Source: Callorhinchus milii
Taxonomy: Eukaryota
Direction of reading: 5' to 3'
Assembly (NCBI RefSeq): GCF_018977255.1
Contig: NW_024704743.1
Span: 28,088,001-28,152,000 of the forward strand
DNA: 64,000 bases
The position numbers and the translations under genes are program-made. Positions 1 through 12,760 of this stretch are shown here, piece by piece (within the stretch, counting starts at the first letter, position 1; the number at the start of each line of letters is the position of its first letter). The notes below the pieces were generated by a model. It was not told the origin of the DNA, did no database searches, and saw nothing but the letters and a program-made list of their open reading frames with translations.

Positions 1-744
1 GTTCCTTTTGCTGATACGATTGTCCGATAGGAATACAAAACATTTGTTCCATGTGTGAATACTGAAAGAAAATCTTGTTTGTAGATGTCAATTGTACGAG
101 TACATGCCATGATGTCTTCATCCTCTGTGCCTGTGGCTGCTCAAAGAAATCTGGATACCATATGAAACTGGAGTTTAATTTCCTATATTTGCAAAAAGGG
201 TGTCAAGCGCTAACTGCGGTTTCTGAATAAAAGAAGGAGAATAAATCCCCAAACTCCCTGTGGGCCAGCTGTTTCAGTCTCAGCCTTTTTCAAACTTTGC
301 CAGCTTTTGAAAAACACCGAACACAACCCAATTTCTCAGGACAACAAAGGAGGCTCAAAATAACACTTCCTGTGTGAATATTGCAAATTAGAAAATTTCA
401 GCTCTAGTGCCAAGACATTAGTTTGAAAGTGTCTTGGGATGTCCTCAAGACACGAAACGAGTTATATAAATTTGTATTTGTTGTTCCATTAGTAATTAGA
501 CTCTATTCTGGCCAGTGACAGGTTTCTAACCTTACCCATCCCTCAATGAAATTATGGCATAAGAATTGCAAGTAGTATCTTTTTCCAGGCTAAGAATAAT
601 AGTGAAGTTTGGTGCTGAAGGAAAGTGAGTGCTTTCAAAGCTAGGAATTGGTAAATTGGGGAAGAGATAGGAAAAGTAAAAATAAAATTAAAAAAAAGGT
701 TTGTGAGAATACTAAAGCAAAAATAGGAAAAAAGTAGTGATATA

Positions 745-1027
745 TAATAATAATAATAATAATCCTTGCATTTGATATAGCATCTTATCACGTCTTCGAG
801 ACGTCTCGCAGCGCTTCACAGAATATACTGTAAAGTGAATCAACTGTATATTTTTGGGCGAAACTCGGCAGCCAATTGACTAACTAGCCGGGTTCCTACT
901 TTCTACTAGGCAAATAGAGGCACGTGGAGTAAGGAAACTTGGCCAAAGTTTCATCCTGCCGGGAATTGAACCCAGGTCTCTCGCTTGTGAGACAAAAGCT
1001 CTAACCAGTGAGCTACAGGACTCCACA
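745..1027 (-). mobile_element. tRNA-derived SINE with internal deletion
   Basis: (AAT)n tail, family 3' end and tRNA head present; central body missing. Confidence 0.88.
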
Positions 1028-3369
1028 ATCCTGTAGGCAATGTGGTGATAAACAGAAAGTTTACTAATTGTTTTACAGTACAGTGCAATTTAAATTGATA
1101 TAGTGCCTTTCCACATCAAGAGGAGGACTCAAAGTGTTTGACGATGCAGCTTGGGCACCCAAGCCAGAGAATGTGAACCGAGGTGGGTAAGAAGGGGAAA
1201 AGTGACCAAAAGCGTGTTCAAAGAGGTCAATTTTGAGCCATGCCTTAAACGAAAGGAAGGAGGGACTGATTGCTTCCTGGTTTGCCTTTCATTTTGTTTT
1301 TGAAAATTTGTTTTGTAGTGTTAGGTTTCATTCTGCATTATTAATCCATTCTTTATCCCCAAGTTGTTGAAATTTTAAAAGCATCAGCCTTTTGAAAAAA
1401 ATGGCTTTGGTGCCCTTTAAGTTTTTCAATAATAATAATAATAATCCTTGCATTTGATATAATGCCTATCATGTCATCGAGACGTATCAAAGCGCTTCAC
1501 AGAATATAGTGGAAAATTAATTGACTGTATATTTTGTGGACAAAATTCAGCAGCTAATTGTGAACAGCAGTGTCCCACAAACAGTCATGGATTGAGTGAC
1601 CAATTTTTTAAAATAATATCTTAAGGGATAAGACTTGGATTTCTCTCTTCCCACTCCTCTTCAAAAAAATTATTTGGTCGCAAAAGGACAGTTCATCGCG
1701 GGATAATAATAATTCAGTGATTAACGGGGATTCCTGCCAGTAACCAAAAGTACATTGCGTTCAATTTAAGGGTTCTCACCATCTAATTCCTACACTTCAA
1801 AAGAGGATCCCACAAGTCAGGATAGATGTACTGCTGGTTATCAATAGAATTCCCCAATAAAGACCTTGAGTTACTGTTTGTAAATCCCGCGGCAGCCAAT
1901 TGTGCACAGCAATGTCCCACAAACAATCGTGGATTGAGTGACCAACGTTTTTTTTTATTTATTTTTTCCGTACCATTCCTTCATATATACCCTTCAAAGT
2001 ATTAATATTCCACATCCTCTGATCAACATGAATATGAAATACATTGTGTAAGACTCTTTGGACAGTAAACACTTATGTAGTAATTTTAAATATCGGCAGA
2101 AGCAGTAATTTGAAGAGAGCTTTTTATTGATAATTCCATGAAAATGTTAAAGATGACAGGAAACCAATTCAGGATATTTATGTATCAGATTTTAAAAGCA
2201 TCAACCTTTTGAAAAAAATGGCATTGGTGCCCTTTAAGTTTTTCAAAATTGCTAATAAATGTCATGTTTATAATCTAATTGGTGATATTTTACTACATCA
2301 TAACGCTTGCCCTGTATAATGTATAATTTTGTTATAAATCCTAAATATTGTGTTAACAGGTTTATGGGTGAGTTTCCATAATCTGACATACTTAGCACAG
2401 ACATATAGATTTATGCTTAGTGCTAAGACCAACACAGAGACGTGGCACAGAGAGAGCATTAATTTAATGCGTTCCAAGCTTCCTTTGGAAATATCAAAAC
2501 ACAAAGAGCATCTGCCAAACCTACTCTGTGTAAAATTGGATTGCAACCAGCAAGGTCCCACAAATAGCAGATCAACTGTCAGTTTTGCCTGGATAATAAC
2601 AGTCATTGCACTTAAAGTAGCTTGTTGAATGAAGAACTTGAAGATTAGATGTAGAGAAGTTTCTAAAAAAAGTCCTTCTGCCCATTTGTATATTTATCTA
2701 TTGTGGCTATGTCTCCAATACTGTGAATTTTATACTGTAAAAGGCATTGCATTCAGTTTACCAGGACCACCCACTGAGCACTTTTCAAACGTAATCATTT
2801 CAACCGTCAGTCAGTGTACTTCCAGTAACATTGCATTTTGAAGATTTTCTATAAAAATACAGTAAATCAAGTAATTCATAGTCCATTAGTATGTTAAACA
2901 ATGTTGTTGATTTGTACTTTTTGAAGCAGTTTTCTTTATCCCTACAACGATGACAACATCCTTTTAACGTTTGTTTTTTAACTGACCATATTGGGGTCAG
3001 AAAATGTGGTTGTTATCATAATTACAGTTTGGCCTAATTGTAAAGGGTTTCTTTATTGTGCTAATTTGTTTATAACATGGTAGCAGTTTCACTCTATTCG
3101 CTGCGAATGCTCGCAGTGCGCCTGCTTACTTCTCATGCACTGGCCAGTTTTTGAGCTAAAATAGCCATCTTTCGGGTCATCGAGTCGCCGACAATGTCAC
3201 TGCCTGTTACTATTGCATGCGCAGTAAGAGGACGTGATGTCGTCAGTGACCTGATAACCTGGAAACCATCCGTTTTTCATAGCATTAGATACAGCCAAGC
3301 ACGCAGTGAGCCTGCATGATAGCAGCTTGTATGTGCAGTCAAACCATGCAAGCGCCTCATTATAGTGTT

Positions 3370-4932
3370 ATAGAACATAAGGACAAAAGAAAGGCTAGAC
3401 GCAAAAAGGACCAAGGTCCATCTAGTTCGCCTACCGCCTTACTGGCGGTCGCGTGCACATATATCCCAAATTACCTATGTACTATATTCCACAATGTTAT
3501 TTTCCAAAAAAAATGATCTAATCCGTGTTTATTGGAGCCTGTTCCACAGGTTTATTATTCGCTCACTGAAATAGTGTTTCGTAGGTTAGTTCTGAATTTA
3601 CCCCTTTCAATCGCAGGCCGTGTTCTCTGGTTTTACTATTCTGGACTATTTGAAACAGCCTGTCATGATCTACATTGTCTAGCCCCTTTAGAATCTCAAA
3701 GACAGCAATCATAACGCCTCTCAATCTTCCCTTTCCCAGTGCGAACATGCCCAATTTACTTAGTCGCTCTTCAGATTCCAATCCCTCCAGTCCCTCATTC
3801 ATTCTGGTTACCCTCCCCTGTCAATTTCTCCCATATCATTTTTGTACTGCGGTGACCAGAACTGTCCACAGTACTCTGAGTACTGTCTCACCAATGATTT
3901 ATACATTGGCAGGATTACTCCACTATTTCAACTTGCTATTGATCTTTTGATATATCCCAACATCTGGTTTGCTTTACTCACTGCCACAGAGAATTGTTGT
4001 GAGAGCTTCAATTTATTGCCAATCAGGACCCCTAGGTCCTTTTCATTTTCCATACATATTATTTTCCTTCTGTTCAATTAATAGTCCCTTCCTGGATTTT
4101 TTTTGTCCCGACATGAAGTACTTTACATTTCTGCAAATTGAAATTCATCTGCCAAAGGTCTACCCAATTTCCAAGTATGTTCAAATCCTCCTGTAACCTA
4201 TATTGTTCAGCTTTGCAATATACCACCTTCATTAACTTGGTGTCATCTGCAAACTTAGCCATGGTGCTTGCGACTCCTAGTTCCAGATCATTTATACAAA
4301 TATTAAACAAAAGATGTCCTAAAACAGACACTTGTAGAACTCCACCGGTAAAATTTTCCCAGTCTGATGACATTTCCTGTACCACCACACTTTGGGTTCT
4401 TCCGATCAACCAGTTACATATCCATTGTAATACACTTCCACTGATTCCTGCTTTTTTTACTTTCAGTACCAGCCTCTCAAGAGGAACTGTATCAAAAGCA
4501 TTACTGAAATCCAGATATACATCAACCACAGCCTTACCTTTATCAAGTTCCCTTGTCACACCGTCAAAGAAAACCAGTAAATTAGATTGGCAAGACTTCC
4601 CCTTCATGAACCCATATTGGCTATCATTTATGATTTTATTTCTATCCAGGTGCTCCATGATTTGATCCTTAATAAATGCCATCCATAATTTTACCCACAA
4701 TGGATGTCAAAATTACTAGTCTGTAGTTTCCTGGGTCACTTTTGTTACCTTTCTTAAAAATAGGAGTAACATCTGCCTTTCTCCAGTTCCCCGGCACCAC
4801 TCCAGTATTCAGAGATTTCTGAAAGTTTTATGCCAGGATTTCTGCGACTTCCTCCCTTAGTTCCTTAAGGATCCTCGGATGCAATTTATCCAGCCCCTGA
4901 GATTTATTTACCTTAAGTTTGCACAGCTGTTT
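3370..4932 (-). mobile_element. CR1-clade LINE, 5'-truncated, decayed ORF2 reverse transcriptase fragment
   Basis: Minus ORF 4074-4700 has QYGFMKGKSCQSNL, VYLDFSNAFDTVP, KFADDTKL and WQMNFNLQKCKVLHVG; minus ORF 3563-3802 has the CR1 C-terminus (EERLSKLGMFALGKGRLRG). Confidence 0.92.
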
Positions 4933-4974
4933 GGCAAAGATGCTAGAAGTGATATGAATAGTGTCGCAACTTTA

Positions 4975-5729
4975 CTCTGCAACATCCTTGATTCTACGAG
5001 ACGGAAACCATACTCATTGGCTCCTGTCAATGTCTTTTATCTTCCAGCTCTGACCTCCTCAACCTCCCAGCATATCTCTCAGACTTACCGAACCAGTGCG
5101 CAAAGTAGGCGTCATGTTCAACCCACATCTTCCTCCACCTCCGCCACATTGCCCGCCTCTGACAGTACTTTAATCCAGACGCAGCCAAAACACTCGTCCA
5201 TGCCTTTATCACCTCCCAACTCGACTTTTCGAATGCGTTCTTCGCCGGTCTCCCTAGCTCCACCATGCACAGGATCCAGCTGAACCAAAAATCCGCCGCA
5301 CACATATTCACCTTTACTAAACCCCGTACCCCCATCACACCAGTTCTAGCCAGGCTCCACTGGCTCCCTATTGCCGAAAGGATCATTTCAAGATCCTCAC
5401 ACAAGTTTTGAATCCCTTCATGCCCTGGCAGCTCCCTGTCTCTCCGACCTGCTTACCCCACAGCCCACTACCTTCGCTCGAGCCATGTTCCTTGTGCTCT
5501 CCATTCCACCATTGGTGCCCACGCTTTCAGCCACTAACTCTGGAACACTCTTCCTCTATCCCTCCACCTTGTCCCTTCCTTCCCATCTTCAGGTCGCGCC
5601 TGAAGATTTTCTATTTGACCGTGCTTACAGTCACCTCCCCCCGGCTCGGCGTTATGCTCCAGCACTGTCAAGCGCTCTGGAATGCTACCCTGCGTGAGGG
5701 GCGCTATATAAATACAAGTTGTTGTTGTT
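4975..5729 (+). mobile_element. L2-clade LINE 3' fragment (older subfamily)
   Basis: Decayed ...HITPVLARLHWLP-type coding sequence; 3' end agcgctctggaatgctaccctgcgtgaggggcgctatataaatacaag(ttg)n. Confidence 0.85.
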
Positions 5730-7009
5730 CTCTTTCCAGAACAATCAAAAGAAATCAGCCAACTCAAAATGTACCCCTGTGATTGCACGTGATGATACAC
5801 ACTCTATCATCTATCCCTGTATACAAAATAGTAACCACTGAGAAATGCACAATTATCACTGGCAAACTCAGGTACAGTTGTAAAAGCAGCATTACTAAGT
5901 GCCAGGTGTCAGTGGATCCTGTTCTTGGCGGAACACTCCTTTGATGAGTATGCTTGGCATAGCAGCCCCTCTAATGTGGGAATGTGTGGTCAGAGTGGGA
6001 GAGCGATGTGATACTAAACAGGCAGAGTTCGGTCAAAAGCAATCTTGACTTTTCAGTGCTATGATGTTTTCGAGCTCCAACTGACTTTCTGAATATTTCA
6101 AACCAAAACGAGAGAGTGCTAGAAGGCTGCAGTACCATTCAGACTTCAGAGCTTTCTCGGAATACACCACAAACGTCTGGTTTTGTCATGTTTTTGGTGC
6201 TCAGAGCCTCCTGTGGTCCTCAAAGGACAGGGTCTGTTTGCTTTTCAGCGAAATGTTCTGGGGTTCCGTGCATTCCAGCAATTCTACTTTATAATATTCT
6301 GCAGGTGAAATTACCAGGAAATCATTCCCGCAGATGTTATTTGATTGGAAACTCGTGTGCGTCTTCTCAGCTCTGAAGGCTGGCTCCCGTAAGGTCAGGG
6401 GATGTGCAGTGGAGATCCTCAAATGTTCATTCATTTGTAAAGAACATTCATTCTTAAAAAAAATAAGTTAATTTTCCTTCTCTTTGCTTCATCCGATGTG
6501 CCATTCCCCAGGCCAGAGGGTATGCGGTCAGCCTGTTGCCTGCCCTAAGCCAATAGATCTATTTGTCCAGCAGCTGGGAGTTCCATGAGAGCTTTCCTTC
6601 CAATTTGCTGTCCTTCCTGCAGTGACTGACATCTGCTCGGGGCTTCTTCCCTGACAGCATGGCAGTCGTCAAGAACAGACCCTCATGGACAGCCTGTACC
6701 CTTCCTACTCATCTAACAGACAATACTGCTCTGAATTACTTTTCAATGGACTTAAAAATTGTACAGTGCACTATTATTCCTCTGACTGCTGTCCACAAAA
6801 CATTTGATATTATAACTGGTCTAGTTTGCTGTATTTTTGAATGCGATTCCTTAATAAAGGATTCAATAGAATTCCTTTTGAGTCACAGAAACTCTGCTCC
6901 AAAGGCAGGTTGTGTCAAAGTGGAGATAGTTCACATGCATCAATTTGATGCATTTCCAGTTACAAGGACTTTCCCTTTACATGACTTGCTTTCCTTATAA
7001 AGGAATCAC

Positions 7010-7205
7010 AGGCCCAAAATTCCACCTAGTCAGCCTCTAAAGACCATATTCTCTTAACATTTAAGATAATGCAGAATTGTGCAAACATCTTCAAATTGGT
7101 CTCAATTTGGAAGTCACATTCTTGTTAAGAACTGACGAAAGTTGTCTTCCAATTTAAGACTGAACTTAATGGGTCTTCCACAATTCTGTGCAATCTTAAA
7201 TTTAC
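7010..7205. repeat. Palindromic MITE-like repeat (family member)
   Basis: Arms ATTTAAGATAATGCAGAATTGTG (7059-7081) and CACAATTCTGTGCAATCTTAAAT (7179-7201), plus inner arms; related copies at about 40120-40300 and 62925-63090, half copies at about 9075-9160 and 31055-31120. Confidence 0.6.
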
Positions 7206-8105
7206 AAACAAATTGTCCTACATTTTAAAACTGAGGGTAATTGAGAAATACTGCAAATTAGACTCCATTATTTAGTGAGATCATTGTATTTTTGGTTTGG
7301 GATTACTATCAAGAAAGGAAGAAACTTTATTGTCCTATCAAAGCATCTAAAGTGCTTCCCAGAAAATACTGTCAAGTGTAGTGACTGCTTTTGTTAGAAA
7401 AAGTTATCAGTCACATTTATATGCATCAGCAATTCCAGTTAGTACAAAAAATACAGTCTAGTAATCATTTGTGTGCTTCACAACATATTTGTTTTAAAAG
7501 TGTCCTCAAAACATGTGTTCTGTCGCAGATCCAAAACATTTAGTTGCAAACTTATGAACGTGGGCTGAAAAATTGACTAGAGTTAGTGAGCAGAATAGTA
7601 AGCTCGCTTAACTCTCTCCTAGTTTCCCTCGTCTACAATTTGGAGATCTCAGTTATCCAGAGGTGTGTGTCAGTCAAGCTTAGGTCAAACAACAGCAGCA
7701 ACTTGCATTTATATAGCGCCCTTCACGCGAGGTAGGGTCCCGGAGCACTTCGATGATTTTGACCCACAGTGGATATAGTGATGGATCATTGTCCTCGAGG
7801 CGGTTTTGGACTGATTCTGAGGGTAGGGATTGAGTTCCAACAGGACCAAAGTGGATACTAAATCAGTATGTTGGTCAATAATGCTTTGCTAGCGTGTGAT
7901 GTTAGATATTGTATACCGGTAAATGAAGTGTTAATTTGGTGTTTGTGTGCAGTGATTAGGTTACACAGGTGAATACTTTTTGTTTTATCTGGGACGTCCT
8001 CCCGACATGAAAGATGCTATACAAATGCAATTTTGTTGCTGCTGTTGTATCTGAGTACACTAGGAGTACAAGTGGGCAGTTCAAATATATAATATAAACA
8101 AAAAA

Positions 8106-8450
8106 AATCCTTGCATTTGTATATAGCCCCTTATCACAGCTTCTAGACATCTCAAAACTCTTCACAGAATATACTGTGAAGTGAATTGACTGTATACTTT
8201 GTGGGCGAAACACGGCAGCCAATTGCGCACAGTCGTGGATTGAGTGACCAATTTATTATTATTTTTTAAAGGAATTATTACCCCCCAGAAAAGTGATCCA
8301 CCAATCGACTAACAAGAAGGTTCGTACTTACTGCTAGGTAAACAGAGGCGCGTGGAGTAAGGAAACTTGCCCAACGTTTTGCCCTACTGGGAATCGAACC
8401 CAGGTCCTCTCGCTTGCGAGGCGAGTGCTCTAACCACTGAGCTGCAGGAC
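8106..8450 (-). mobile_element. tRNA-derived SINE, near full length
   Basis: Reverse complement of the family; head gtcctgcagctcagtggttagagcactcgcctcgcaagcgag...ggttcgattccc. Confidence 0.9.
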
Positions 8451-8676
8451 AAATCTATTTTAACTACGTAAACCTGCCCCATCGCTGTGCTCCTGTGTTT
8501 GCAGAATTCCTGGATGGGAGTGTTGGCTGAATTATATAATAACCATGTGTTTCAAGAGATTGTAATTATTATGTTAAAACCATCACGTCATAACAATTCG
8601 TCTCAGGAGGAGTGAGCTCGCACTTCTCAGTGTGATATCAACTGGATATAACCACTAATACATGTGCTTAACTCAG

Positions 8677-8835
8677 AAAAGTGCATCGGATGGGAAGAGA
8701 CAGGAAGTCATTGTGTTAGATTCAAAGAGGAGCAACGCCATTAACATTGGATTGACAGTATTACCCCCTCCAAGAACAATCAAAACAGCTATCCTCAACT
8801 TTGATGAATATGCCTTGAACAAGGAAGGTATAGAG
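8677..8835 (+). CDS. FHOD3: FHOD3 coding exon (first in window), FH2 domain: [53 protein letters not shown]
   Basis: Acceptor ...ttaactcag|AAA, donor GAG|gtaagc; 159 nt, phase 0-0; contains the FHOD-type FH2 motif [13 protein letters not shown]. Gene is 5'-incomplete in this window. Confidence 0.95.
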
Positions 8836-9483
8836 GTAAGCTGCTAAAATCCTCCTATTTACACAACCTATTTGTCCATTAGCATGTGCCACATATAAGG
8901 AAAGGGAGTCCAAACATTCAGAATGAACCTCCCACTCGGGTGATGGTAGTACAGTAACATGGTGTACCACGGGTGCAAACTCAGCTGGCTTCATTCCTTA
9001 TATGATAAATTGACGATTGCAATTGCTTTTTGCTGCGAAAGGAGGAAAGGGAAAGAAAGTCAAGACCAGAGATTCCAAATTTAGAATGAATTGAAGAATT
9101 TTCCGAAATGCTGCACAATCTTAAATTTCAAGATAATAATATTGAGGTTAAGACCACAGGGGTATAACTGTGCAGGGAGTGGGTTGATGAGTTACCCCAA
9201 CCCTAATGTGTAAACATAAATCAATGACTTCTGAGTACACTCCGAATCAATTGTCTTTTTTTTCCTTTTCTTATTTGTGGTTCGTGTTTTGTGCTTATCA
9301 GGGCAAGGTATCTGAACATTAGGTACAGAATACTTTTCTATTCTTTCTCTTGTAATGTGAGTCTACGTTACTAGGAACCAGGTTGAGAACGTCCAAACAC
9401 CAGTGCACAGATCAGTCAAGAAATGTTTGTTTCCTGCTAGTTACACAAAAAAAACACACAAGGTTTGTCTGGTTTTGTTTTAG

Positions 9484-9666
9484 AAAATCTTAACCATGAT
9501 TCCTACGGAAGAGGAGAAGCAGAAGATCCAGGAGGCCCAACTGCTGAATCCTGACATTCCCTTAGGCACCGCAGAGCAGTTCCTTCTTACCTTGTCCTCC
9601 ATCAGTGAGCTCTCAGCTCGACTCCAGCTCTGGGCTTTCAAACTGGACTATGAAACAGTCGAGAAG
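9484..9666 (+). CDS. FHOD3: FHOD3 coding exon, FH2 domain: [61 protein letters not shown]
   Basis: Acceptor ttttgttttag|AAA, donor AAG|gtacgt; 183 nt, phase 0-0; AEQFL and [10 protein letters not shown]2 motifs. Confidence 0.96.
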
Positions 9667-9995
9667 GTACGTCCACCCTCATTGAGCTAATATTCAACTT
9701 ACGTTATGCATCAAGGGACCACGTCTGGGACTCATTAAGTACAATGCTTCTCCAAAGAGCAGAACTGACAAAATAACACATAAGCAACAGAGCCCCAGGT
9801 GCGCTATAATGTCTGATCCAACAGTTGAACGCATCTGGGTGAAAAATGTGATACCTGATGTCATTTCACATCACTGAAAATTACACTCCAAACCAGTCTT
9901 TAACTATCGACTGATTTGCATGTGAAGCTGGCTGAAGTCTCCATTGGTGTTGCTGCCATGACTCTGATCGATTGTTCATAATGTGTTTGTTGCAG

Positions 9996-10115
9996 GAAGT
10001 TGCAGAACCGTTACAGGACCTGAAGGAAGGAATGGACCAGTTGGAGAACAATAAATCCTTAAGATATATCTTGGCTACATTACTGGCAATTGGAAACTTC
10101 CTAAATGCATCAAAT
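9996..10115 (+). CDS. FHOD3: FHOD3 coding exon, FH2 domain: [40 protein letters not shown]
   Basis: Acceptor tgtttgttgcag|GAA, donor AAT|gtgagt; 120 nt; formin signature GNFLN. Confidence 0.96.
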
Positions 10116-10257
10116 GTGAGTTTGTGCAACTACCCTGTCCCTTTATTATACAGTATTTAAGTTATGGTTTTTCTCAGTAGAATTTTCTGTGCCAATATCT
10201 CCCCATTGGAGAGTACTTTGGAGGCTTAATATAGAGTAATACCTTCTCTTCCTGTCA

Positions 10258-10624
10258 AATAATAATAATAATACTTGCATTTGATATAGCACTTTTCACG
10301 TCTTCTAGACGTCTCAAAGCGCTTCACAGAATATACTATAAAGCGAATTGACTGTATATTTGTGGGCGAAACGTGGCAGCCAATTACACACAGCAGCGTC
10401 CCACAACAGCGGTTGATTGAGTGACCAAATAATTTTATTTTAAGGATTATCATCCCTGGAAAACCGATCCAACAATCGATTAACAACCGGGTTCCTACTT
10501 ACTGCTCAGTAAACAGAGGATTTTGGAGTAAGGAAACTTGCCCAACATTTCGCCCTGCCGGGAATAGAACCCAGGTCTCTCACTTGCGGGACGAGTGCTC
10601 TAACCAAAGCGCCGCAGGACTCCC
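10258..10624 (-). mobile_element. tRNA-derived SINE, near full length
   Basis: (AAT)n tail at 10258, body and tRNA head as in other copies. Confidence 0.9.
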
Positions 10625-12439
10625 CGGAGTCCTGCAGCATGGAGCAACACAAATAAAACTCTTTTCTGATTAAAGACCATGTAGAAAGGGATGCTAAAAG
10701 ACCCTTCAATTCATTTGGTCTCAACCTTCCAAAGTCCCCATTCTACCATCTTCCTATTGCAGCATTAAGCTGTTTCAGTGCCCTGGCCTCAACCACATTT
10801 CCTGGGCAGCCATTGATTGTACTCCATGTAAAGTAATACTTCCTGGTGTCTATCTTGAAATTGCCCTTTACAACCCTGAGCTTCTGCCCTCTTATCTTGT
10901 TGCCTTGGTGTACTGGAAAGTAGGGCTCTCATGTGGTTGACCGTTCGCAACCTGGTTCCTAGTAACGTGGACTTACATTACATAATTGTGTTTAATTTAG
11001 CACTTAATTGGCAATTTCACTTATAATGGTTACAGGGCGACCTGTTGTTGCGAGAATGGAAAATGCAACAGTGGCGCAATAACAAGTTCTCTTCTAAGAC
11101 AGAGAGCGGAGCAAACTGGGTCAGCATGGAACATTGCAGTATCCGACAATGGGTTTCAAAAAGAAGTTTAACCTTCCCTGGAGAAGATGAGATTCACCAG
11201 AAATTGCTTTTTTTAAAAATAAATGCCATCTCATGACTCGCTCCAGACCTACTCAGTGCCAGATGAGACAAGTGGAAGCAAGTACCATTAATCTGCTTTC
11301 ATAAACCAGCCCAAAGAACACTAAACAGGGGTGGCTTAGTGTTCAGTCTGGTACATGTTTTGTGTACCACTCATGTGTACCACTCATGAAGAGTGTATTC
11401 TAAAGGCACTGGAACTGTTTATAAAAGTTACTGCATTCAAATGTTAGAAGCTTTTCAATATTTAGAATAAAAGCATTTTCCGTGATAATTTTCTGAGTTT
11501 ATCTTTTTTTTCAAAGAAAAAACAAATACTCAATCACATCTGAATGACTGGCAAAGGATTGCAATTAAATTCAGAAACTTGCATAGTGTAGGAATAGGTA
11601 TTGACCCAGAACCGTAGAACACATTCAATGCTGAGTAGGGCAGCAACTGAAACGGTGACATGTGCTGGATTTGGTTTTGTTTGTTTTTCTTAGTTTTAAA
11701 GCAAGCCATACAAGCAGGTGGCACATAAGCAATGTGCCAGAATGTCTTTAAATCCATCACTTCCCCATGAAGGCTTCCCTTTTTTACATGGGACGTCCTC
11801 CCGACGTGAAAAGCGCTATATCAAATGCAAGGATTATTATTATTATTATTATTGCAGCCGCTCGGTGGGAAGAAAGAGGGGGCAAATTGCAAATGCTGGA
11901 AATAAATAGCAGATCCATCAGGGAAAGAGCAATGTTTTGTGGGTGAACCTTCTCCCAAAATGTTAAGCTGTCTTTCTTTTTAGATTGGTGTGAATTTCCA
12001 ACCCTTGTGTTTGTGGAATTTGGGTGTTTATCCAAGAGATTACAATTGCAGACTTTGTGCATTGGAGAGTTCTCGGGCCAACTTGGTTCCATGAGCTGAA
12101 AACAGTCTGATGCGAAAACTCTGCTGCAACACGCCCCCTGCTGGCTAACCTCCACCACACACTACAGTATTCATAATCATTTCTCCACATTTCTACCATG
12201 ATTTGTATTTAAATTGATTAAAGAGCTGTTGATCTGTAGTACTTGATGGAATCAGCAACACAATGAGACAATTGCATCACCAAATGCAGATTTGCATCAG
12301 AGTCTATTTTGAAACCAGGTCCAGTGCACTGCAAAAGTAGACAGGAAAGTATAAGGAAGCAGCCCGGGATCTAAAGACATTGGAGAACTTGATCCATGAG
12401 AGTTGAGTTATGTGGAATCACTGTAAACTTCAGTCATGA

Positions 12440-12760
12440 AAAGAGGCATCTCACAGAAGCCCTTACAGAAGTTTATAAGATGCTAACGGAGATAGACAAT
12501 AAACCAAGAACAATACTTTCAGATACACCAAGGCAGCAGGACAAGGGAGCACAGGTTCAGAGTTGTGAAGGGAATTTTAATACAGACACCAGGAAGTATG
12601 ATTTACATAGCATGTTAACCTCTGGAATGAATTACCAGGAAGGGTAATGGGCTGAACCTATTTAAGAACCAGTTGGATGTGGTAATTGTGTTAGGATGGG
12701 TATTCTACAAGGATGAAATCAAATTAGCCAAAGGATCTTCTTCATCTAAGCCTCTTATGA
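12440..12760 (+). mobile_element. CR1 3' fragment, highly decayed
   Basis: LTEVYKMLTEID...-like coding remnant followed by tttaagaaccagttggatgtg and a CR1-like 3' end. Confidence 0.6.

Noticed and set aside
8385..8450. tRNA-like sequence (also at about 960-1025, 10560-10624, 32375-32440, 38466-38535 and 57720-57780)
   Set aside because: Each is the head of a SINE followed by the family body and tail, and the copies are degenerate; not tRNA genes.
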